A stretch of 64,000 bases of DNA. Origin: Candidatus Nanoarchaeia archaeon (GTDB lineage: Archaea > Nanobdellota > Nanobdellia > Woesearchaeales > GW2011-AR9). The notes under the pieces are model-generated. The model worked only from the letters and a program-made list of their open reading frames with translations. It made no database searches and was not told the origin of the DNA. The position numbers were made by a program, and so were the translations under genes. Location of the stretch: assembly GCA_035289385.1 (NCBI GenBank), contig DATDXI010000066.1:1548-65547 (forward strand). Direction: 5' to 3'. Below, one piece after another: positions 8,678 through 18,330 of this stretch. Positions within the stretch are counted from its first letter, which is position 1, and each line of letters opens with the position of its first letter.

Positions 8678-11089
8678 ATGAAAAAAGAGGCTTTAATTCT
8701 AGCATCATCATTACTCCTCTTATCTCTTGCTGGCTGCTCCTTTCCACCATTTCAAGATAATAATGAAGGTGCTGGCTCTTCAGATCCATCTGTAGTAACT
8801 ATTGGCTATATCGGCTGTTCTAACACGAGAGAGACAGTAGAAGGCTATGCTCATCTTGGCGGCAAAAAGATGTGGGATTCTCAGCGAAGATATGGTTCCG
8901 GAACGATTTTAGATTGGTCGCAGAACGTAGAGGAAGGAAGCAAATATTGGGATGTTTTTGATGAGCTTTTAGAGAAATATCCTAACACCAATACTATCTG
9001 GTTTGAGCTTTGCATCATGGATGAAGATCGGGCAACAAGTTATGAGCACGCTGCTTTAATCCTTAGTGAAATTAGGAAACGGATTCCAGCAGTTACTATT
9101 TATGTCTCTCCATTAGCAGACTATACTGAGGGCATATGTGAAATAACGGGGACGTTTGGTTTAGAAAAAGGAAAAGAATTGGCTAAAGAGCTGGATGAAA
9201 AGAATGAAGATGTTCTTCCCGGACCAGTTTTAGGACCGATGACACCTAAAGATACGGCAAAAGATGGCTGTCATCTGAGCAGCCCTGATGGAAAAAGAAA
9301 ACTGGGAAATCAGATGCGGCTGTTCTTTGATGCAGAAGAATATTCTGCCGATGAAGCATCTATAGGCTATATCGGCTGTTCCAATACGATGCAGACTATT
9401 GCCGCTTACTGGTCGGGTGATTATGGAGGAAAAGGCGCTAATTCTGGTGATGATCTTCTGTGGACATTTTATGAGGATGAGATTCACGAATATGATAGTG
9501 GTGCCGTCGTGGATTGGTCAAGAGGAGCAGAAAATGGAAATACGTTTTGGGAAACATTTGATCGATATTTAGAAAATAACCCTAATACTAAAGCGATTTT
9601 CTGGCAGTTATGCGTTCGTAAAGAGGAACCAACACCTTATGAAGAAGCTCTTCCTGTCCTGGAAGCAATCCGGGAGAGGATACCGGGAGCTGTCATTTAT
9701 GTTTCTCCCTTGCCGCCGTATACGGATGGAGTATGTGAAATTACGGGTACGTTAGGCATTGAAAGGGCAGGCGCATTGGCAGAAGAGCTTATCGAGAGGA
9801 ATGAAGATGTTCTTCCTGGGCCAATGTTGGGGCCGATGACTCCTGAAGATACTGATGAAGATGGCTGTCATTTAAGTGAAGCGGGCATGCAAACCATCGG
9901 GAAGCAGATGCGAGATTTTTTTGGTGGACTGGAGAATAAGGCAATTAGTGACATAGAGAATGAAGTAGCAATTATAGTCGAAGAAGGCAGTGATGAGCAA
10001 AGCGATGAAGCTGTTCTTGAAGAACTGTCCCCTGAAGAGCAACTATGGAGTGATCGTATTGAAAAAGCCATGGCTGCTACCTCTTGTCCTGACGCGGCTC
10101 AACCAACATTTCCAGATTCTTATTATCTAGGTCCTTTAGTAGACACTCATCTCCATATCCCTTCGATTCCTGACTGGTCAGCCGAAGAGGATGTAGAAAT
10201 GCAAGGTCGAGTTCCGGAAGGCCGTTTTGGTGGTCCGCAAGCTCTTTTAGGATGGAACGTCAGGATGAGCGACATTGCCTGTACCTTAACATCTGAAGGA
10301 ACTCGCAACAATTTTGCCTTCTTTCCTGCCTATGAAGGAAAAATATTTCCTTATCAGCTAGAAATGTGGAACAGAACGATGGCGCAATATCCAGAGTTAT
10401 TCACACCATTCATCATGTCTTCCGGGGATGACAGCAATCCTCAGGGCTTTCCTACCGTTGATGCAGCAACATTGAGGGAAATGCTCTCTCTTTATCCAGG
10501 CTTATTTGAAGGGTATGGTGAGATAGGTCTTTATGCGCGAGAAAATGGCGGATCTCCAGAACTTCCTCCGGATTCTCTTATGCTGCAAGAGATCTATCCT
10601 CTCGTTCGGGAGAACAATCTTGTGGTCTATTTTCATCTAGGAGATGGGCATAAGGATACCTTTGAAAAAGTGCTGGAGCAGTATCCAGACATCACGTTTA
10701 TCTGGCATGGCGATCAGCTTTCTGTCGAAGAAGTTAAAGATGTTTTGCGGAAGCATCCTAATGCTAATTATGGAGTTGACGAATTTTTTGGCGGGGAACG
10801 AGAAATTTTTGAGCTGTATGTCGGGAAGAGCAAAGAAGAATATTTAGCATCTGCGAATAAGAATTTTGATAAGATCATCAATCAGGCCATAAATCATTGG
10901 GAATCCCTGATTGAGCAGTATCCTGATCAAGTCACCTGGGGCACGGACCGAGGAGATGCAGTATGGAATTATGATTCAGATGTTGGGCAGATGCAAGTGA
11001 AGATCGCCCGAGCATTCATCGGAAAACTGGATAAGGATGTTCAGGAAAAATTTGCGTATAAAAATGCGGAGCGCCTTGTTTCAGGCTAA
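8678..11089 (+). CDS. Lipoprotein with two SGNH-like repeats and a C-terminal amidohydrolase domain
   Basis: LAGC lipobox; duplicated GYIGCSNT...DGCHLS; VDTHLH...YFHLG...WHG...WGTD. Confidence 0.75.
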   Translation: MKKEALILASSLLLLSLAGCSFPPFQDNNEGAGSSDPSVVTIGYIGCSNTRETVEGYAHLGGKKMWDSQRRYGSGTILDWSQNVEEGSKYWDVFDELLEKYPNTNTIWFELCIMDEDRATSYEHAALILSEIRKRIPAVTIYVSPLADYTEGICEITGTFGLEKGKELAKELDEKNEDVLPGPVLGPMTPKDTAKDGCHLSSPDGKRKLGNQMRLFFDAEEYSADEASIGYIGCSNTMQTIAAYWSGDYGGKGANSGDDLLWTFYEDEIHEYDSGAVVDWSRGAENGNTFWETFDRYLENNPNTKAIFWQLCVRKEEPTPYEEALPVLEAIRERIPGAVIYVSPLPPYTDGVCEITGTLGIERAGALAEELIERNEDVLPGPMLGPMTPEDTDEDGCHLSEAGMQTIGKQMRDFFGGLENKAISDIENEVAIIVEEGSDEQSDEAVLEELSPEEQLWSDRIEKAMAATSCPDAAQPTFPDSYYLGPLVDTHLHIPSIPDWSAEEDVEMQGRVPEGRFGGPQALLGWNVRMSDIACTLTSEGTRNNFAFFPAYEGKIFPYQLEMWNRTMAQYPELFTPFIMSSGDDSNPQGFPTVDAATLREMLSLYPGLFEGYGEIGLYARENGGSPELPPDSLMLQEIYPLVRENNLVVYFHLGDGHKDTFEKVLEQYPDITFIWHGDQLSVEEVKDVLRKHPNANYGVDEFFGGEREIFELYVGKSKEEYLASANKNFDKIINQAINHWESLIEQYPDQVTWGTDRGDAVWNYDSDVGQMQVKIARAFIGKLDKDVQEKFAYKNAERLVSG

Positions 11090-11103
11090 GGTAGTTGTTG
11101 AGA

Positions 11104-12099
11104 ATGAAAAATATCACTAAAAAAAAACAAGAACGTCCTCGTGCTTCTATTAAAGATCATCTCCTTCGAAGTGTTCCTATGGTTCAGCAGCAGGCTACGG
11201 TGAAGAGTGTTTTAAGCATGCTGGAGAAATTTGGCAAGAAGCATGACAGCGTTGATTGTATCTATGTTATAGACCCTTCCGGCTCATTCCTTGGTTTTTT
11301 TCATGTCAAAGAGTTGTTTCATCGCCCAAAAGATGCTCTTGTGTCATCATTTCTGACAAAAGGAACAGTTACTGCTCACTTGGAGATGGAGCTGGAGAAA
11401 GCTGCCCATCTGGCACTTCAGCATAACTTGATCCAAGTTCCTGTGGTGAAAGACAAGAAGTTGATAGGAGTTGTTTCTTCGCGGGAGATTTTGTCGACGA
11501 TCAACAGGTCACTTCGAAAAGATATCTTCCATTTTGCCGGTATCCACCATTCCCACCTTGATTTTCAGGACAGCATGGAGATCCCTTTTTTTAAATCAGT
11601 ACGGCATCGCCTGTCCTGGCTGATCGTCGGTTTTATCGGGGCGATGCTCATGGCAGTATACATAGGCTTGTTTGAAGAGACGCTCACTCATTATCTGATC
11701 ATCGCTTCTTTTGTCCCGGCTATCGTTTATATCAGTGATGCCCTGGGCACGCAATTCCAGACGATCTTTGTGAGGGACTTAGCGATTATGGGAAAAGAGC
11801 TGAATGTCCGGCTTTATTTCATTCGACATCTAGGGATAGGTTTGTTCATCGCTATGATCATTGGGCTGATCATGTTTTCTTCCATCTGGCTGATATGGAG
11901 ACAGCCAAGAATCGCATTTATTATCTCCTTAGCTGCTTTTATCACGCTGCTGATTACCAGCTTTACTTCATTGTTCGTTACCTTATTGATCCGGCGCTTC
12001 AAGTTTGATCCTGCTTTAGGCAGCGGTCCTATCGCTACGATCATCTCTGATATGACCTCCGTCATCATTTACTTTGTCATCGTGGTTTTGTTTATTTGA
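11104..12099 (+). CDS. mgtE: MgtE-family magnesium transporter (CBS pair + transmembrane domain)
   Basis: CBS repeats, RLSWL, DPALGSGPIATIISD. Confidence 0.9.
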   Translation: MKNITKKKQERPRASIKDHLLRSVPMVQQQATVKSVLSMLEKFGKKHDSVDCIYVIDPSGSFLGFFHVKELFHRPKDALVSSFLTKGTVTAHLEMELEKAAHLALQHNLIQVPVVKDKKLIGVVSSREILSTINRSLRKDIFHFAGIHHSHLDFQDSMEIPFFKSVRHRLSWLIVGFIGAMLMAVYIGLFEETLTHYLIIASFVPAIVYISDALGTQFQTIFVRDLAIMGKELNVRLYFIRHLGIGLFIAMIIGLIMFSSIWLIWRQPRIAFIISLAAFITLLITSFTSLFVTLLIRRFKFDPALGSGPIATIISDMTSVIIYFVIVVLFI

Positions 12100-12183
12100 A
12101 AGAATGGGTTATATCTTGTCGTTTCGCTGTTTCTAAGGAGGAATGTTTTTAAGTTTGTGACTATTTACTTTCTTTGAAGAGGT

Positions 12184-12735
12184 ATGGAAGAGCAACGGCC
12201 AATGATAAAACCAGAAGAGATTAAAATAGAGATCATTAGTCCTAATTATAACATAGACACATTTCAGTCTTACGAAAAAGAACTGGTTGATTTCTTGAGA
12301 GAAGATGCGCTGGAAAACCAAAAACAAAGATTATCCATCACCTTTTTGTGGTTTTATAAAGATCAGTTAGTATCGTATATTTCTCTGCTGAATGATAAAG
12401 TAAACCTGGAAGGCGATTTGAAAGAATTCTTCAAAGAGAAGGGAATCCATTACAAATCTTTGCCTGCTTTGAAAATCGGCCGTCTTTGTGTTGATAACCG
12501 CTTTCTACAGAGAGGTTTAGGCAGATTAATGATACTTTTGGCAATCCAGATGGCAAATGAAATAAACCGGACAAAAGCGGGCTGTAGATTTATCACACTA
12601 GACGCCAAAAGAAATCCAGATCCTAAATTAGATTCTATCCATTTTTATAAGAAACAGGGATTCAAAGCGTTAAAAGAAAGGATAAAGGGAACAACACCAA
12701 TGTATGTCGATTTGAAACTCATCGAGGAAAGTTAA
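12184..12735 (+). CDS. GNAT acetyltransferase, TA-toxin type
   Basis: LPALKIGRLCVD...GLGR, GCRFITLDA, FYKKQGF. Confidence 0.85.
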   Translation: MEEQRPMIKPEEIKIEIISPNYNIDTFQSYEKELVDFLREDALENQKQRLSITFLWFYKDQLVSYISLLNDKVNLEGDLKEFFKEKGIHYKSLPALKIGRLCVDNRFLQRGLGRLMILLAIQMANEINRTKAGCRFITLDAKRNPDPKLDSIHFYKKQGFKALKERIKGTTPMYVDLKLIEES

Positions 12736-12871
12736 ATTTAACGTTCATGGCGTCATGCAGTAGCTTAATGCGTGCTTTGGACGGATTTCGCTGCTCTTCC
12801 AATACTTCTTGGATAAATCTTCGTGCATCTTCTCCTCTCAACGTAGGAGTTGCTCGGATTGGTTTTGCCAT
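12719..12871 (-). CDS. 50-aa putative antitoxin (not in ORF track)
   Basis: MAKPIRATPTLRGEDARRFIQEVLEEQRNPS...; own TATA near 12895; convergent with the GNAT gene. Confidence 0.65.
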   Translation of the reverse strand: MAKPIRATPTLRGEDARRFIQEVLEEQRNPSKARIKLLHDAMNVKFNFPR

Positions 12872-12942
12872 AGGGTTAGAAAAGGAGCCGTCTATTTAAA
12901 ATTAACTGGCTGTTTTTGATTTATTTGCATGGTGGTATGGTT

Positions 12943-13221
12943 TCACATATTTTTATGATATCTTCTAAATAAATAATGGATTATTCCTCCACCTATCGCA
13001 TATACTATTCCTTGAAGAAGAAAGGACAAGACCACACTTATTGATGGAAACAAAATAGACAAATAGGTGTAAATGGGAAAAAAAATGTAGAACAAAGTAC
13101 CAAAAAGAGGAATCCCTGTAAAAGCAAGAATAAACAGAAGCAGCCCGCCAAGAGATCCAACTAAAAAACCAATGAGCATCCCTTTAAGGTACTTCTGCCA
13201 GATATCTAAACTCCTCTTCAT
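12943..13221 (-). CDS. Small membrane protein
   Basis: Mostly hydrophobic 92-aa ORF. Confidence 0.65.
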   Translation of the reverse strand: MKRSLDIWQKYLKGMLIGFLVGSLGGLLLFILAFTGIPLFGTLFYIFFPIYTYLSILFPSISVVLSFLLQGIVYAIGGGIIHYLFRRYHKNM

Positions 13222-13368
13222 AAAGTTTAGTATCTTCTTTTCATTAATAAATGTTTGTTCGATGTAGCGCCACTAACTTCCCATCGCAAATTATTTAAAC
13301 CACCCTCTTCTTTGAAGGGAAAATAAGTAGTAAAGAATATTGAAAAGAAGTATTGAGGAGGGATATTT

Positions 13369-15375
13369 ATGATCGAAATCATTGCCATGGTTGTTAGTTT
13401 ATTAGCGTTAGCATACGCAGGTTATCTTTCTTGGACCATTTTAAAGGTAGAAACAGGTACTGAAAAGATGCAGGAAATCGCTGCAGCGATCAAGGAAGGG
13501 GCGATGGCGTTCATGGCCAGGCAATACAAAACGATCGCTATTTTTGCCGTGATCATTGCTGTCATCTTAGCCGTATTATTCCCTTGGCAGGTGGCTGCTG
13601 GATTTATCATCGGAGCGCTGCTCTCTGCGGCATCAGGATTTATCGGAATGAGCATCTCTGTTCGCGCAAATGTAAGAACGGCTCACATTGCCCGGAAAGG
13701 ATTGGCTGAAGCATTATCATTAGCATTCAAAGGCGGTTCTGTAACAGGAATGGCCGTTGTCGGTTTGGCTTTGCTTGCCGTAAGTGTTTCTTATGCTCTA
13801 TTTGATAAGAATCCTGCATTATTAGTTGGCCTAGGCTTTGGTGCTTCGTTAATATCTCTCTTTGCCAGAGTCGGTGGTGGCATTTACACCAAAGCTGCTG
13901 ACGTAGGCGCAGATCTTGTTGGTAAAGTAGAAGCTGGAATTCCTGAAGATGATCCTCGAAATCCGGCAACAATTGCAGATAATGTAGGAGATAACGTAGG
14001 AGATTGCGCGGGAATGGGTGCAGATTTATATGAAACGTATGTTGTTACCTTATTAGCGGCGATGCTTCTTGCTTTATTGCCTTCTGTTTCTTCAGCTTAC
14101 AACCAAGCGGTCGAATTTCCGTTGATGTTAGGTGCAGTGGCTATCATCAGTTCCATCATCGGCACGTTTTTTGTACGGCTAGGAAAGTCACAGAATATTA
14201 TGGCAGCATTGTATAAAGGCCTGATTGCTGCAGGAATCATTTCTGCTGCTGGTTTTCTGGCGGTAACTCTTTACACCAACAATCCTCTGAACCTTTTTTA
14301 TGCTACGCTTGTCGGATTATTTGTGACGTTAGGAATAAATGTCGTTACGGAATATTATACTAGCACAAAATATAAACCTGTCCAAAAGATTGCGGAAAGT
14401 TCGGTAACTGGAGCGGGGACAAACTTGATTTCCGGCTTAGCTTTCGGTTTACAGTCTACCATCATTCCTGTCCTTCTCATCTGTGCAGGTATTCTGGTAT
14501 CTTACTGGTTAGCGGGGATTTATGGAGTAGCTATTGCTGCCGTAGCCATGCTTTCTCTGACAGGCATGATCATCGCTTTAGATAGTTATGGGCCTATTAC
14601 CGATAATGCTGGGGGAATCGCAGAGATGTCTGATCTTCCTCATGATGTGCGAAAGACAACTGATGCGTTGGATGCGGTAGGAAATACGACGAAAGCAGTC
14701 ACAAAAGGATATGCTATCGGCTCTGCTGCCTTAGCTGCCTTAGCTTTATTTGCTGCCTTTATCCATGAAATTAATCTTGATGGGATGGCTGAACAGTTTA
14801 CCTTTTTGATTACTGATCCAGTAGTATTAATAGGATTGTTCATCGGCAGTTTGCTGCCGTTTGCCTTCTCTTCCCTCTGCATGACGGCAGTAGGAAGCGC
14901 TGCTCATGAGATAGTGGTAGAAGTACGGCGCCAGTTTAAGGAAATTAAGGGTTTGATGCAAGGCAAGGCAAAACCAGAATATGGGAAGTGTGTAGATATC
15001 GTCACTAAAGCAGCATTGCATCACATGATCTTGCCGGCTGTTATTGCCGTAGTTGCTCCTTTAGCTGTGGGTATGCTGCTGGGGATCAAAGCTCTAGGTG
15101 GCTTGCTCATTGGAGTTATTCTGTCAGGATTGTTATTGGCGCTGTTCATGTCCAATACGGGTGCTGCCTGGGATAATGCCAAGAAGTATATCGAGCAAGG
15201 CAATTTTGGCGGAAAAGGATCAGATGCGCATAAGGCAGCTGTTGTTGGGGATACGGTAGGGGATCCGTTCAAAGATACGGCCGGGCCAGCTCTGAATGCG
15301 CTGATCAAAGTTATCAATACCTTAGCTATCGTCTTTGCACCATTGTTTGTGGCGTATGGGCTGAGGTTGTTTTGA
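13369..15375 (+). CDS. hppA: Membrane-bound H+-translocating pyrophosphatase, probably K+-independent
   Basis: [44 protein letters not shown] (Lys variant). Confidence 0.96.
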   Translation: MIEIIAMVVSLLALAYAGYLSWTILKVETGTEKMQEIAAAIKEGAMAFMARQYKTIAIFAVIIAVILAVLFPWQVAAGFIIGALLSAASGFIGMSISVRANVRTAHIARKGLAEALSLAFKGGSVTGMAVVGLALLAVSVSYALFDKNPALLVGLGFGASLISLFARVGGGIYTKAADVGADLVGKVEAGIPEDDPRNPATIADNVGDNVGDCAGMGADLYETYVVTLLAAMLLALLPSVSSAYNQAVEFPLMLGAVAIISSIIGTFFVRLGKSQNIMAALYKGLIAAGIISAAGFLAVTLYTNNPLNLFYATLVGLFVTLGINVVTEYYTSTKYKPVQKIAESSVTGAGTNLISGLAFGLQSTIIPVLLICAGILVSYWLAGIYGVAIAAVAMLSLTGMIIALDSYGPITDNAGGIAEMSDLPHDVRKTTDALDAVGNTTKAVTKGYAIGSAALAALALFAAFIHEINLDGMAEQFTFLITDPVVLIGLFIGSLLPFAFSSLCMTAVGSAAHEIVVEVRRQFKEIKGLMQGKAKPEYGKCVDIVTKAALHHMILPAVIAVVAPLAVGMLLGIKALGGLLIGVILSGLLLALFMSNTGAAWDNAKKYIEQGNFGGKGSDAHKAAVVGDTVGDPFKDTAGPALNALIKVINTLAIVFAPLFVAYGLRLF

Positions 15376-15449
15376 GTTATTTTTGAGAACGTTTTTTCTT
15401 CTCTTTTTTCGGTTAAACTTTTTTTGATGAAGAATAAGAAGCACTATTC

Positions 15450-15927
15450 CTATTTTTTGTAGCCGAAGATTTGATCATATTCTTTATGGTCGACGATGTT
15501 TAAGACAAAATCAATAATCTCAACTTCATTTGATTGGATCGTATAGATTAAGCGCCAATAATCGGAGAGATTTATACGCCAAAGATTAGTGATGCCATAC
15601 TTTTTAAGATGATAAAAATGCGTGAAACCGCTTTATTAACCACGTATTTTTAGCATGCAAAAATTTCGCCCTAAAGGGTGGGGTTTTACACCCAGCGAAA
15701 TTTTTTGCATAGTAATCAGGAATCAAACTCTTCTGGACCTGCTCTCCTGCGAAAGGATTTTGTTGAAGCCAGCCTTTCACTCGTTCAACAGAGCGAAAAA
15801 TAGATTGGTGAACAGAAGATGTCACTTCTCTTTGCAGCTCATCACCAACAATTCTATTTAACTCATCATATTCCTCTGCAGCTTCTTCAGACAGAATGAC
15901 TTTTATCTCTTTTCCTTTAAACTTCAT
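15450..15927 (-). pseudogene. RelE-like toxin interrupted by a 100-bp insertion
   Basis: Removing 15611-15710 restores a 125-aa ORF ...LIPDYYLKKYGITNLWRINLSDYWRLIYTI...DHKEYDQIFGYKK. Confidence 0.8.
15609..15710. mobile_element. Tandem pair of palindromic mini-elements bounded by AT dinucleotides
   Basis: Hairpin A 15609-15656 and hairpin B 15655-15710; B contains CGCCCTAAAGGGTGGGGTTTT, resembling IS200/IS605-type ends. Confidence 0.7.
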
Positions 15928-16181
15928 AATTCTGTTCCTCGAGCAATAGCTTCTCGCAGCTTTGGATGATCATTGTGAGTCCAAAGAATCCCCTTGTGCC
16001 CATCGATGATACATCCTTTTTCCTCAAGGTATTCTAGAATTACATTAAGAGTTTGGTGCATGACTTGGGTAGGAAGTCTCTTCTTTAGCTCTTCTCTACT
16101 TATCGTTGTTTCTGCTTCTTGGAGTATTTTCTCTACCATCAGCACTGTTTTCAGGTTTGGATAATGAAGTATTTGTTCCAT
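15924..16181 (-). CDS. wHTH protein, putative antitoxin
   Basis: PNLKTVLMVE...LNVILEYLEEKG; 4-nt overlap with the toxin start. Confidence 0.75.
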   Translation of the reverse strand: MEQILHYPNLKTVLMVEKILQEAETTISREELKKRLPTQVMHQTLNVILEYLEEKGCIIDGHKGILWTHNDHPKLREAIARGTEL

Positions 16182-16277
16182 TTTGTATAAACTTATCCTA
16201 TAAATAGTATAAGTATATATAAACCTTTTGTTGTTTTTCTGATGGTTTTTTGTTGGAATATTATGATTCTACTTTTT

Positions 16278-17231
16278 TTAATCCGGCACAATCGATAACG
16301 TCGGGAATTCCGTATAGCCAAAGTACTCGTATCCTTTGATTACATCACTAAATCTCTTTACTACTTCTTCCAAGACTTCCAATAAATGGCTCAAATCTCT
16401 TACAACAATCTCTGTCTCAAAATCTGCTCCGCCGATGGACTTATTGATCTGATAAAAATATTTGTGCTGCTTCAGATACTCAAATAACTCCTTATTTCTT
16501 TTCATGGAATTCAATAAAAAATCAACCCTATATCCTTGATAACCCATCTTTTGCAAGTTAGGATTTATTTTATAACCAACAATAATGTTTTCCTTTTCAA
16601 GCCGGATAATTCTTTTTCTTACTGTTTCAGATGAAACCTTCAATTGTTGGGCAATCTTTGTCAATGGTTTTCTGACGTCAATGGCATATAGCTGGATTAT
16701 TTGCTCATCCAATTCATCCACGTCAGCAAGTTGGCCGCTTCCATAAACTCTTTCAATAACTTCTGTCTTTCCGTCCATGAAAAATCTCTTGTTAAAATTA
16801 TGGACTGGCGCGTAGATGGCAATCTTACTCTCTGCAATTTTATCTTTATACCCTAACAGAACATCATTCCATAGTTGATGAAACTTATCTGTTGACTTTA
16901 CGCCCATAAAAAAAGCAAAATCCCATTTCCCATGAAGGACTGTTGTCGTCCAAACATTTTCTTTAATCTTTATTTTTTCATAAAATTCTTTTTTTTGTCC
17001 TTCCGTCATATTCTGCCATCTTAAGTACACACGAAAGGTAAAATACCCTAGCTTTGACATATCCACAATAGCACTACATCCCAGAATGATCTTCTCGTTT
17101 TCTAACCTATGGATGCGAAAATTAACAAACTCTTTTGATCGTTTAACCCTTTTGGCAATGGCTGAAACCGGTTGCGATGAATCTCGTTCCAGCTCAAAAA
17201 GGATCTTCTTATCAAATACATCTAGCTTCAT
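16278..17231 (-). CDS. Tandem Lrp/AsnC-family transcriptional regulator
   Basis: Two HTH+RAM modules (LDVFDKKILFEL...; DELDEQIIQL...). Confidence 0.9.
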   Translation of the reverse strand: MKLDVFDKKILFELERDSSQPVSAIAKRVKRSKEFVNFRIHRLENEKIILGCSAIVDMSKLGYFTFRVYLRWQNMTEGQKKEFYEKIKIKENVWTTTVLHGKWDFAFFMGVKSTDKFHQLWNDVLLGYKDKIAESKIAIYAPVHNFNKRFFMDGKTEVIERVYGSGQLADVDELDEQIIQLYAIDVRKPLTKIAQQLKVSSETVRKRIIRLEKENIIVGYKINPNLQKMGYQGYRVDFLLNSMKRNKELFEYLKQHKYFYQINKSIGGADFETEIVVRDLSHLLEVLEEVVKRFSDVIKGYEYFGYTEFPTLSIVPD

Positions 17232-17327
17232 TTATTGCTTAAATCCAATAATATTTATAAATTTATTGTTAAAGATAAATATATTGGTAAAAATATTTAT
17301 ATATTGCTCTGTAGCTCCTGTGGAGTT

Positions 17328-17726
17328 ATGACTAGCATCATTGATTACTTAACAACATTTGAATTAACAAATGATCGGGAGAGAGCTTTTTTTAGAACTA
17401 TTGCTTCTCTTCTTGCTTCAGCAGGAAGATCTGTTGTTGATGGTAGTGTAAACCTCTATCAAAAAACGCCGGCAACGGTAAAAGCTGGGATTGTTGCATC
17501 TGCGGTAACAGCAGGAGCTATTCTAGGATATCAAGCACTGACACAGACTACCTCTGATCGGGCTAAATCTGAGGGTACGACTATTTGTATAAATTATTCT
17601 GTCGAACGTGCTCCTCATGCAAGCCCTTTAGATGTTTCAGATTGTGTTACTCCGGAAAGATTAGCTGAGCTTTATCAAGATCCCTATGTAACAATTCGTA
17701 GTGGTAGGCATCCATTTGGTTTTTAA
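17328..17726 (+). CDS. Hypothetical membrane-anchored protein
   Basis: ATG start at 17328, central hydrophobic segment; divergent from the Lrp gene. Confidence 0.6.
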   Translation: MTSIIDYLTTFELTNDRERAFFRTIASLLASAGRSVVDGSVNLYQKTPATVKAGIVASAVTAGAILGYQALTQTTSDRAKSEGTTICINYSVERAPHASPLDVSDCVTPERLAELYQDPYVTIRSGRHPFGF

Positions 17727-17747
17727 TGAGGTACATCCAAAAATACT

Positions 17748-18107
17748 ATGATACAAAACAGCATGAGAAGATTAGGAATTGCAGCAATAGCGGCATTGTC
17801 ATTGTATGGTGCAGTCGACTTGGTTAGTACCGTTTATCGCCATCTAACTCCGTCTGAAGAAGCAAAGCCACAGGAGAGATACCAGCTCTTGTTAGGATAT
17901 TGCAATCCCGAATTAAATTCCTGTAGAAGTGCCATCCCCCAAATTACTCTGAGAAGAGAAAGTGATGCTCGAATGTTGTTGGATGTAACCTTTACCAATT
18001 ATTTTGGGAGTAATAGGCCTTATATTCATGCTGTATGGACTGATCCGGAATTATCTGACATGTTAGGTGGGGAATTATCTGTAGTTGTTACAGGAAGTCC
18101 GAGATGA
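17748..18107 (+). CDS. Hypothetical secreted protein
   Basis: N-terminal signal/TM segment, Cys pair. Confidence 0.6.
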   Translation: MIQNSMRRLGIAAIAALSLYGAVDLVSTVYRHLTPSEEAKPQERYQLLLGYCNPELNSCRSAIPQITLRRESDARMLLDVTFTNYFGSNRPYIHAVWTDPELSDMLGGELSVVVTGSPR

Positions 18108-18147
18108 AGTATTGTAATCTTCCTTAATTTACGGAGAGACTATTTCT

Positions 18148-18297
18148 GCGCATTTTAGCATTAACTCATTTGATTAACCGCGCATTTTTACATTAGTTTA
18201 TTAAATATATTAAAATATGTAGGAATAAGCTTAAAATAGCTGAAAATTAACCGCGCATTTTGACATTTATACATTAAAAATAATGCGCATTTTGACA
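18148..18297. repeat. Four direct repeats with core GCGCATTTT upstream of the CapRel-like gene
   Basis: Copies at ~18148, 18173, 18246 and 18282; the middle two share ATTAACCGCGCATTTT(T/G)ACATT. Confidence 0.8.
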
Positions 18298-18330
18298 AAG
18301 TTTAAATAATAGATAGTTTTTTACTCACTT

